Shown: positions 28,979-36,186 of the stretch, piece after piece
Layout: every line of letters begins with the position of its first letter
How positions within the stretch are numbered: position 1 is the stretch's first letter
NCBI GenBank assembly: GCA_947624635.1
Contig: CANQLF010000065.1
Span: 1-36,186 of the forward strand
Direction of reading: 5' to 3'
From: an uncultured Bacilli bacterium
GTDB lineage: Bacteria; Bacillota_I; Bacilli_A; RF39; UBA660
Length of the DNA: 36,186 bases
Made by a program: the position numbers and the translations under genes
The notes under the pieces: model-generated
What the model was told of the DNA's origin: nothing
The model's database searches: none
Seen by the model: the letters and a program-made list of their open reading frames with translations, nothing else

Positions 28979-29494
28979 ATGAATAATAAGGGTTTTTTAT
29001 TAAATGAATTATTAATATGTTCAGCACTATCTTTTATAATAATTATTGCAATATTTAATTCTACTATATCTTTAAATCAAAGATTAAATAATTTGTATAT
29101 TGAAAATAAAGCTTTATCAAAGCAAATAATATTAAATAGAAAAATTGCTTATAATTATTCAAATTATGAACTTAATAGTCTATCAAAGTCAAATAATAAA
29201 TACACCTTAAAATTTGATAAAAATAGAACTACAACTATAGAAGTTGCTGCAAATGCAATATATGTTAATAATACAGATGATGAAAATAATAAAGAGATGA
29301 TTAGTCTTGATCAAAATATGAAAATTACTTCGACATCAACAATTTTTAATTGCGTTACTATTAATAATAAGTCATTGGTATCTCTTAAAATTCCAATAAC
29401 GTATACTGGTTCTAATAATAAATATGGAATAGAACTATATAATATTACTCAGAAAAGTTGTACTAATATTGGTATCGGTTCAGGTAGCTTATAA
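28979..29494 (+). CDS. Prepilin-like (type IV pilin / pseudopilin N-terminal motif) protein, orphan
   Basis: MNNKG/FLLNELLICSALSFIIIIAIF: a short basic leader, Gly at -1, Phe at +1, Glu at +5 and a ~20-residue hydrophobic helix, which is the class III signal. The rest is an Asn/Ser/Thr-rich beta region. AGGTGA SD. Confidence 0.55.
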   Translation: MNNKGFLLNELLICSALSFIIIIAIFNSTISLNQRLNNLYIENKALSKQIILNRKIAYNYSNYELNSLSKSNNKYTLKFDKNRTTTIEVAANAIYVNNTDDENNKEMISLDQNMKITSTSTIFNCVTINNKSLVSLKIPITYTGSNNKYGIELYNITQKSCTNIGIGSGSL

Positions 29495-29541
29495 TGATAT
29501 AGCTAAAAATGTGTGAAATTACGGTTTTGCACGTTTTTTAG

Positions 29542-29570
29542 TTGACTATAAATTTCTAAATGCATATAAT
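29542..29570 (+). promoter_or_regulatory. Sigma-A promoter of the ABC exporter operon
   Basis: TTGACT (29542-29547), 17 nt, TATAAT (29565-29570). Confidence 0.55.
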
Positions 29571-29612
29571 TAGAATGTTGACTTTATTTTTCTATACGAA
29601 AGGAGTTTTATA

Positions 29613-31340
29613 ATGGGTAAAATATTATCATATTTAAAAAAATATTGGTGGCAAATAATTTTAGTTATTGTATTTGTCGCGATACAAGCACATACTGATT
29701 TAACCCTACCAGAATATATGTCTAAAATAGTAGATACAGGTATAACAAATTCTGATATGGATTATATTATAAAAGTTGGAATAGAGATGATTTTACTTAC
29801 ATTAGTTGGAGTTGTTTCTACTATTATTGTAGGATTTTTCTCTGCCAAAATATCTTCAGGTTTAGCTAAAAGTTTAAGAAAAGATGTATTTGAAAGTGTT
29901 TCTAACTTTTCATCAGAAGAAATTAATAAATTTTCTCAAAGTTCATTGCTTACTAGAACTACAAATGATATACAACAAATACAAATGGCTATTTTTATGG
30001 TTCTTAGAATGCTTTTAATGGCACCTATGATGGGTATTGGTGGAATAACAAAAGTAGTTAAAAATAGTCCATCATTAACTTGGATAATTGCAATATCAGT
30101 TGCTGCATTATTTATAATATTAATTTTATTATTTTCTATTGCAATGCCTAAATTTAAAATATTACAAAAGTTAATTGATAGACTAAATTTAGTTACTAGA
30201 GAAAATCTGACAGGATTAAGAGTAATAAGAGCTTTTAATAAAGAAGAATATCAAGAACAAAAATTTAATAAAGCTAGTAAAGATTTGACAAGTGTAAATT
30301 TATTTGTAAATAGAGTGATGATTATTTTACAGCCAGCTACTATGCTTATTATGAACATTACTACAATTGCAGTTATTTGGTTTGGATCACAATACGTAGA
30401 TAGCGGAACATTACAAATAGGAGATATGATGGCTTTTATACAATATTCGATGCAAATAATGATTTCGTTTATGATGTTGTCTATGTTATTTGTAATAGTG
30501 CCAAGAGCAAGCATTTCTGCTAATCGTATTAAAGAAGTATTAAATACTAAATCTAAAATTAAGGATTCTAAAAATCCTAAATTACCTGAAAGAGAAAACA
30601 TTGGAAATATTGAATTTAATAACGTATCATTTAGTTATCCGGATAGTGATGAAGCAGTATTAAATGATATATCATTTATCGCTGAAAAGGGTAAAACTAC
30701 AGCTTTTATAGGATCTACTGGTAGTGGAAAATCAACTTTGATTAACTTAATACCTAGATTTTACGATGTAACTGATGGAGAAATATTAGTAAATGGAATT
30801 GATGTAAGAGATTATAAATTATCTGATTTAAGAGATTATATAGGTTATGTACCACAAAAAGGAATTTTATTTTCTGGTACTATAAAAAGTAATATTAAAT
30901 ATGGAAATGATAATTTAAGCGATAACGAAATAGAAAATGTAGCAAAAGTTTCACAAAGTTACGATTTTATAATGGAAAAAGATAACAAATATAATACAGA
31001 AATATCACAAGGTGGTAAAAATGTTTCTGGTGGACAAAAACAAAGATTGTCAATTGCAAGAGCTTTAGCAAAAAATCCTGCAATATTTATATTTGATGAT
31101 AGTTTTTCTGCGCTAGATTTTAAAACAGATAGAGTTTTGAGGAAAGAATTAAAAAATTATACTAAAGATGCAACAGTTTTAATAGTAGCACAAAGAATAA
31201 GTACTATTATGAATGCAGATAAAATAATAGTATTAGATGAGGGAAAAATAGTAGGAATGGGTAAACATAAAGATTTACTTAAATCTTGCAAAATTTATAA
31301 AGAGATAGCCTTATCTCAATTATCTAAGGAGGAATTATAA
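29613..31340 (+). CDS. ABC exporter half-transporter (fused permease-ATPase), heterodimer partner 1
   Basis: Six-TM exporter domain followed by Walker A GSTGSGKST, signature VSGGQKQR and Walker B IFIFDD (the residue after DD is Ser, not Glu, suggesting a degenerate ATP site). No C39 peptidase domain. Confidence 0.9.
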   Translation: MGKILSYLKKYWWQIILVIVFVAIQAHTDLTLPEYMSKIVDTGITNSDMDYIIKVGIEMILLTLVGVVSTIIVGFFSAKISSGLAKSLRKDVFESVSNFSSEEINKFSQSSLLTRTTNDIQQIQMAIFMVLRMLLMAPMMGIGGITKVVKNSPSLTWIIAISVAALFIILILLFSIAMPKFKILQKLIDRLNLVTRENLTGLRVIRAFNKEEYQEQKFNKASKDLTSVNLFVNRVMIILQPATMLIMNITTIAVIWFGSQYVDSGTLQIGDMMAFIQYSMQIMISFMMLSMLFVIVPRASISANRIKEVLNTKSKIKDSKNPKLPERENIGNIEFNNVSFSYPDSDEAVLNDISFIAEKGKTTAFIGSTGSGKSTLINLIPRFYDVTDGEILVNGIDVRDYKLSDLRDYIGYVPQKGILFSGTIKSNIKYGNDNLSDNEIENVAKVSQSYDFIMEKDNKYNTEISQGGKNVSGGQKQRLSIARALAKNPAIFIFDDSFSALDFKTDRVLRKELKNYTKDATVLIVAQRISTIMNADKIIVLDEGKIVGMGKHKDLLKSCKIYKEIALSQLSKEEL

Positions 31341-33148
31341 TGCATGGTAGAAATAATATTTCCAAAAATACAAAAGTTAAAGATGTTAAAAAAACTATCA
31401 AAGGTTTATTAAAATATTTAAAACCATATTCTATTCAAATATTTTTTGTTCTATTATTTTCTATTGGTTCAACTATACTTATGATATGGGGTCCAAAGAT
31501 ACTTGGTAAGGCAACAACAAAATTGTTTGAGGGTATAATGTATAAAAAAATAAGTCCTTTAGGTTTTATAGATTTTGATTATATATTTACTATATTATCG
31601 TTATTACTTTTAGTATATATTATAAGTGCACTTTTAAGATATATTCAAGAATTTGTAATGAATACTATTTCACAAAAAATATCATATAATTTAAGAAGTC
31701 AAATATCCGTAAAAATCAATAAATTACCACTTAAATATTTTGATAAAAATACTTATGGGGATGTTTTATCGAGAGTTACAAATGATGTTGATACAATAAG
31801 TAATAATTTGCAACAAACTTTATCAAATATAGTTTCAGCTATTGTAACATTAATTGGTGTGTTAATTATGATGTTATCAATATCACCACTTTTAACTCTT
31901 ATTACAATATTAACTCTTCCTATCGCAACTATACTTGTGGGAATAATTGCTTCAAGAAGTCAAAGATATTTTAAAAACCAACAAAGAATGCTAGGTAAAA
32001 TAAATGGACATATTGAAGAATCATATTCTGCACATGAAGTTATTCAAGCATTTAATGCTCAAGATAAAACATTAGATAAATTTAATAGATATAATAATGA
32101 ATTATATACTTCAGCTTGGAAAAGTCAGTTCTTATCAGGTTTAATGATGCCGATACTTAATTTCGTTAGTAACATAGGTTATGTCGGAGTGTGCATATTA
32201 GGAGGATATTCTGTTATAAAAGGAAAAATACAAATAGGAGATATTCAAGCTTTTTTGCAATATGTAAGACAATTTAATCAACCTATAATGCAAGTAAGTC
32301 AAATTGCAAATGTATTTCAATCGGTAATGGCAGCAAGCGAAAGAGTATTTGAATTTTTAGATGAAAAAGAAGAAGTTAAAGAAATTGAAAACCCAATTAT
32401 TTTAGATGACTTAAAAGGTGAAGTAATATTCGATCATGTGAATTTCGGTTATGATAAAGATAACATAATAATACATGATTTTAATGCTAAAATAAAACCT
32501 GGACAAAAAGTTGCAATTGTAGGACCTACAGGTGCAGGAAAAACTACATTAGTCAATTTACTTATGAGATTCTATGAATTAAATTCCGGATCAATAAAGA
32601 TAGATGGAATAGACATAACTAATATGAAAAGGGAAAATTTAAGAAAAACTTTAGGTATGGTTTTACAAGATACATGGTTATTCAATGGAACAATAAAAGA
32701 TAACATCGCATTTGGAAAATTAGATGCTAATGATTCTGAAATAATAGAAGCAAGTAAAGAAGCTGATGCAGATCATTTTATTCGTACTCTACCTGAAGGA
32801 TATAATATGATGATAAATGAAGATGGAAGTAACATATCATCAGGTCAAAAACAACTTTTAACTATTGCTCGTGCTTTTCTAGCTAATCCCGGTATATTAA
32901 TATTAGATGAAGCAACGAGTAATGTAGATACTAGAACTGAAATATTAATACAAGATGCAATGTCTAAACTTATGGAAGGAAGAACAACTTTTATAATTGC
33001 TCATAGACTTTCAACTATAAAGGATGCAGATATAATACTCGTAATGGATAATGGAAATATAGTAGAACAAGGAAATCATGAATCATTACTAAAGAAAAAA
33101 GGATTTTATTATAATCTATATAATAGTCAGTTTGAAACTACAAATTAA
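31340..33148 (+). CDS. ABC exporter half-transporter (fused permease-ATPase), heterodimer partner 2
   Basis: Start ATG overlaps the upstream TAA by 1 nt. Walker A GPTGAGKTT, signature SSGQKQL, Walker B ILILDEATS (consensus catalytic Glu). Confidence 0.9.
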   Translation: MHGRNNISKNTKVKDVKKTIKGLLKYLKPYSIQIFFVLLFSIGSTILMIWGPKILGKATTKLFEGIMYKKISPLGFIDFDYIFTILSLLLLVYIISALLRYIQEFVMNTISQKISYNLRSQISVKINKLPLKYFDKNTYGDVLSRVTNDVDTISNNLQQTLSNIVSAIVTLIGVLIMMLSISPLLTLITILTLPIATILVGIIASRSQRYFKNQQRMLGKINGHIEESYSAHEVIQAFNAQDKTLDKFNRYNNELYTSAWKSQFLSGLMMPILNFVSNIGYVGVCILGGYSVIKGKIQIGDIQAFLQYVRQFNQPIMQVSQIANVFQSVMAASERVFEFLDEKEEVKEIENPIILDDLKGEVIFDHVNFGYDKDNIIIHDFNAKIKPGQKVAIVGPTGAGKTTLVNLLMRFYELNSGSIKIDGIDITNMKRENLRKTLGMVLQDTWLFNGTIKDNIAFGKLDANDSEIIEASKEADADHFIRTLPEGYNMMINEDGSNISSGQKQLLTIARAFLANPGILILDEATSNVDTRTEILIQDAMSKLMEGRTTFIIAHRLSTIKDADIILVMDNGNIVEQGNHESLLKKKGFYYNLYNSQFETTN

Positions 33149-33176
33149 AACTTCAATTTATATGAAGTTTTTTTCT
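33147..33176 (+). terminator. Rho-independent terminator of the ABC operon
   Basis: aaaacttca (33147-33155) / tgaagtttt (33163-33171), followed by a T run. Confidence 0.7.
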
Positions 33177-33220
33177 TTTATCGAGTTGCTTTTTATGTAT
33201 ATGCAACCTTTCGTTAACGA

Positions 33221-33249
33221 TTGACATTTATAATTTTTTTATATATAAT
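33221..33249 (+). promoter_or_regulatory. Consensus sigma-A promoter abutting the IS-end repeat
   Basis: TTGACA (33221-33226), exactly 17 nt, TATAAT (33244-33249). The predicted start site at about 33256 coincides with the first base of the IS terminal repeat. Confidence 0.5.
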
Positions 33250-33255
33250 CTTGAA

Positions 33256-33349
33256 TTTGACACTTGTTACATAGAAAAACTCTCACAAATCCTTGAAAAA
33301 TAAGAGAAAAACGAGAGTTTTTTTGTTTGAAAAAAGTGACGTACCTTTC
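33256..33349 (+). repeat. IS-end-like sequence, inverted copy of the transposase-proximal end at 36023-36103
   Basis: TTTGACACTT (33256-33265) is the exact reverse complement of 36094-36103. It is followed by TAGAAAAAC (vs TAGAAAAAAC), CTTGAAAAA (vs ATTGAAAAAA), a T/A-run palindrome, and the 10-mer CGTACCTTTC (33340-33349, the rc of 36023-36032). Confidence 0.65.
33276..33324 (+). terminator. Long-loop hairpin plus T run just inside the IS-end repeat
   Basis: aaaactctc (33276-33284) pairs with gagagtttt (33313-33321), followed by more T. The 28-nt loop makes it atypical. Confidence 0.35.
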
Positions 33350-34148
33350 TACTTTTTTGGGGTGTCTGAAAAAATTTTTAATTTTTTTTAAGAAACTGGC
33401 TAATAGCTTGTTTTTAAGCCAAATTATTTGTAAAGTGTTTTTTATATAGTTTGTAGTTCGTGAATATATTTTATTTATCTAAAAAGTTATAAAATTAAAA
33501 TTTAGACTATTGTAAATGACAAGATAAAATGTTAGAAAAATGGCAAAATAAAATGTTATAAAATTATAAGGTTAAAAATGATGTGAAATAGTTCAAAATA
33601 TTAATTCAAAATAAAAACGATTTTATTAATTAATTTATCAAATAATTTATTATCAATATTTTTAATTAAGTGTGTATTAGTTGAACATCAATATGTTCAA
33701 ACATATTTAATGTTAATATAAATATTAGATCTCTATTAGGTTCTTCTTCCAATATTGTTTTATATTATCAACCTTTTTAAATTATTATATTTTCCTTATA
33801 TCTTTAATTACATACAATTTATAGAATTATAGTAAATTATCAAATCAATAATTACTTTTACTATTATGATTATTAATTGTAAATAATATCCTTAGTTTGG
33901 TAATTATTAATAATAATCTTATATTCTTTTTATGTTTTCCGTACAAATATCATTTTATTATTAACAGTAATTTTTTTCATAATGATATAAATGTTAAATG
34001 AAATTAGCTAGTTTTGAATTAATTCATTTTTAATTATTTCTTTTTATTGTTCAATAAACAAAACAGTTTTGTTTTCTATCTTAATAATAACTATAATAGT
34101 AATGTTATTTATCTATCAAATTGTTAATAAATTATTTGAACTAGTATT

Positions 34149-35984
34149 TTATTGTGCTTTTATTTGCTTTAAAATTTTTTCTATATTTTCATAGGTGCTT
34201 ATTTCATAATCTGTTCTAAAATTAAAAGCTTTATGCAAATCATCTGTTAAATCATCTCTTACATAAGCAGGAACATACCCGGCACCTTTTTCTTCATATA
34301 CTTCCATATCTCTTAACTTATCTATTATTTGTGTATCAGTATATTTATAATTTAATTTGTTTTCTAATATTCTATATATCAGTAACGCAATAAAACATGT
34401 TAGAAAATGTGCCTTTATTCTATCTTCTCTAGATAAATACATTGTTCCAGAATCAAAGTCTGTTTTTAAAATTCTGAAGCTTTCTTCTATTTCCCATCTT
34501 TGTTTTGATATGTCTAATATATCTTTTATATTCCCAGTTAAATTAGTAGTTGTTCCATAATAACCATCATATTTTTCTTCTTCATTTATAGCTTCATAAT
34601 CTATTGAATAAGAATAATTATACTTAGCTTTTTTATTATCTTCATTTAGAGAATTTTCATCATTTAGAGTTCTTTCTTTTTTACTTTTTTTTGTTTTTTC
34701 TTTGCCTTCAACTTCAGTTATTTCTTCTTTAATTAATCTCCTATAGTCATTAGGATTATTACTAAGCTTCATTTTTTCACCGGTTTTATTTCCATCAATT
34801 TTTTTCTTAGCTCTGTCTATCTGACCATTTCTTACATTTCTTAAATAATCTCTATATTTTATTTGAAACGTAACTATTAAATCTTGAACTACATGATCTG
34901 TTTCTGTTTGAATTATTTTATAGAAAACTGTTTCATAATGTTTTTTGCTTTCTTTTTCATTATTTAAAATATCAGATAATTTGTAGGTGTTTCTTAAATC
35001 ACCAATAATTCTCCAATCATCATCTTTAAATACTTTTTCTTTATATTCTTCTTTTAATTTTTTTATTGATTGAGTTATAACAAAAGCTCTTCCATCTTCA
35101 ATGTTAAATTTTTTTATTTCATCAGTACACATAGCTGCATCTGTACAAATTATAGTTTTCTCATTTTCTAAATTAAAATCTTTTATTACTTTTTTTTGTA
35201 AAGGAATTAATTTTTTTGTTTCACTTTCATTTCCAGGATAAATAACAGTTGCGATTGGAAAACCATTTCCATCCATTAATAGTCCCATACCAACTAATGG
35301 ATTTGGCTTATGGTCTTTACCTTTACCATATTTTCTAAATTCATCTTCTTCATTAATTTCAAAATAATAATTAGTACAATCAAAATACATTATCCTAGTA
35401 TTTCTATCAATGATACTTTTACTATTATTATATAATTCTTTTTGAATATAATTTAAATCAGAGTTTAAATATGTTAAAGCTCTATATATATTTTCTAATG
35501 AGTATTTAGGAGTTTCAATAAAATTTTTACTTAATTCAAAAGTTTTTAATTTACTTGATGGATAAATAATTCTTGAAAATACTAGACTACATAATACTTC
35601 ATTTAAATCAAATTCAAATTTGTGTTCCTTACTAATATGTTTAACGATTTTATCTAACTTTAGAGAATAATAAATATCTTTTAAAAATAAATATCCGACA
35701 TTGAATTTATTTTTTACGTTCATAGGAATTAATTTATCAGTATATTTTTCAATGATTATTTTTTCACCATTAGTAGGAATATTATTTTTTTGAATAAAGT
35801 TTTCTAAATAGGCATTTAGCCAAGAGTCAACGTCCATATTTTCTTGAGATGCCATTTGAGAAACTTTTGCATGACTTCCAATGTATTGGACTATTCTAGA
35901 AGTTCTTTTTCCATTTCTCTTATAGTCGTCAATAATAGAATAACTTTTACTGTTTTTTGAATGACTAATTTTAATTCTTGCCAT
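34149..35984 (-). CDS. IS1634-family DDE transposase
   Basis: 611 aa. N-terminus MARIKISHSKNSKSYSIIDDYKRNGKRTSRIVQYIG is typical of IS1634-type transposases. Candidate DDE residues sit in MYFDCTNYYFE, IICTDAAMC and RWEIEESFRILK (the Y-2-R-3-E-6-K type IS4 signature). GGGAGGA SD. Confidence 0.88.
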   Translation of the reverse strand: MARIKISHSKNSKSYSIIDDYKRNGKRTSRIVQYIGSHAKVSQMASQENMDVDSWLNAYLENFIQKNNIPTNGEKIIIEKYTDKLIPMNVKNKFNVGYLFLKDIYYSLKLDKIVKHISKEHKFEFDLNEVLCSLVFSRIIYPSSKLKTFELSKNFIETPKYSLENIYRALTYLNSDLNYIQKELYNNSKSIIDRNTRIMYFDCTNYYFEINEEDEFRKYGKGKDHKPNPLVGMGLLMDGNGFPIATVIYPGNESETKKLIPLQKKVIKDFNLENEKTIICTDAAMCTDEIKKFNIEDGRAFVITQSIKKLKEEYKEKVFKDDDWRIIGDLRNTYKLSDILNNEKESKKHYETVFYKIIQTETDHVVQDLIVTFQIKYRDYLRNVRNGQIDRAKKKIDGNKTGEKMKLSNNPNDYRRLIKEEITEVEGKEKTKKSKKERTLNDENSLNEDNKKAKYNYSYSIDYEAINEEEKYDGYYGTTTNLTGNIKDILDISKQRWEIEESFRILKTDFDSGTMYLSREDRIKAHFLTCFIALLIYRILENKLNYKYTDTQIIDKLRDMEVYEEKGAGYVPAYVRDDLTDDLHKAFNFRTDYEISTYENIEKILKQIKAQ

Positions 35985-36006
35985 AAGCGATCCTCCCTAT
36001 GATTAA

Positions 36007-36035
36007 ATTATACCACAGGTACGAAAGGTACGCAA
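36007..36035 (-). promoter_or_regulatory. Candidate transposase promoter inside the IS end
   Basis: On the minus strand: TTGCGT (36035-36030), 17 nt, TATAAT (36012-36007). An A7/T7 palindrome GAAAAAA-tcaag-TTTTTTC (36047-36065) lies between it and the terminus. Confidence 0.45.
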
Positions 36036-36186
36036 GAACTATTTCCGAAAAAATCAAGTTTTTTCAATGCTTCAAAGGCTGTTTTTTCTAAATAAGTGTC
36101 AAAGATGGGGTAGTGGAAGATTCTAAGACTAACGAAGTACAACCAGAAGTAATCGAAGAAATAAAAGAAGAACCTAAAGTAGAAGA

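Larger units (their letters stand above)
33256..36103 (-). mobile_element. IS1634-family (IS4 superfamily) insertion sequence; outer bounds given by the inverted-repeat pair, left boundary uncertain
   Basis: A single DDE transposase gene plus matching inverted termini at 33256 and 36103 (see the repeat feature). The transposase stop is at 34149, so these bounds include about 0.9 kb without ORFs. Alternatively the true left end lies just past the stop and 33256-33349 is a solo end of a second, deleted copy. No target-site duplication is visible. Confidence 0.55.

Noticed and set aside
33681-33700. TTGAACAT-caat-ATGTTCAA palindrome as a LexA (Cheo) box
   Set aside because: The Gram-positive SOS box is GAAC-N4-GTTC, whereas here the GAAC and GTTC cores are 8 nt apart. 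No SOS gene is adjacent.
33630-33850. Several TTATCAA motifs in the ORF-free tract as DnaA boxes or a replication origin
   Set aside because: None has the CACA tail of the TTATNCACA consensus. No dnaA, dnaN or rep gene is nearby, and such 7-mers are plausible by chance in DNA this AT-rich.
34125-34148. ATTTGAACTAGTATTTTA next to the transposase stop as the true left inverted repeat
   Set aside because: It matches the right terminus only at TTTGA and ACT, with gaps, which is indistinguishable from chance in AT-rich sequence. It is kept as an untested alternative in the IS finding rather than annotated.
36040-36068. ATTTCCGAAAAAATCAAGTTTTTTCAAT resembling the streptococcal difSL/XerS site
   Set aside because: Only the TTTCCGAAAAA stretch resembles it. 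The recombinase in the window is a normal-length XerD, not XerS. The motif lies inside the IS terminus and has a counterpart at the other IS-like end, so it is better explained as IS-end structure.

Overview
Very AT-rich (by eye about one quarter G+C, not computed), tightly packed chromosomal segment from a low-GC, endospore-forming Firmicute (Clostridia/Erysipelotrichia-like; genus cannot be assigned from sequence alone). Gene order: a lone tRNA(CAT); a spore-envelope/germination cluster (3xLysM protein, SleC-like cortex-lytic enzyme split into two overlapping ORFs, BclA-like collagen-repeat protein); ldh, a PfkB kinase and an Smr protein; a membrane-anchored unknown protein; parC; yqeY; two U32-peptidase paralogues; the CIRCE-controlled heat-shock operon hrcA-grpE-dnaK-[pepF]-dnaJ; a secreted unknown protein bracketed by a decayed second copy of the dnaJ 3' end; xerD; a phosphohexomutase; an acidic unknown protein; sortase B with one PKTG-anchored substrate; a PdaB-like protein; clpC; an orphan prepilin-like ORF; a heterodimeric ABC exporter pair; then about 1 kb with no ORFs and an IS1634-family insertion sequence. 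I see no CRISPR array, prophage, toxin-antitoxin pair, recognisable defence island or biosynthetic cluster, and most of the window is ordinary core genome. The points most worth a second look are: (1) the dnaJ 3'-end duplication, whose substitutions are almost all synonymous; (2) pepF sitting inside the dnaK operon; (3) the IS1634-like element, whose matching inverted end lies about 0.9 kb beyond the transposase stop across an ORF-free tract; (4) the split SleC; (5) the orphan pilin-like ORF and several family-less proteins (444, 273 and 380 aa). None of these is demonstrably a new system from sequence alone. All family calls rest on motif recognition from memory and need HMM/BLAST confirmation.
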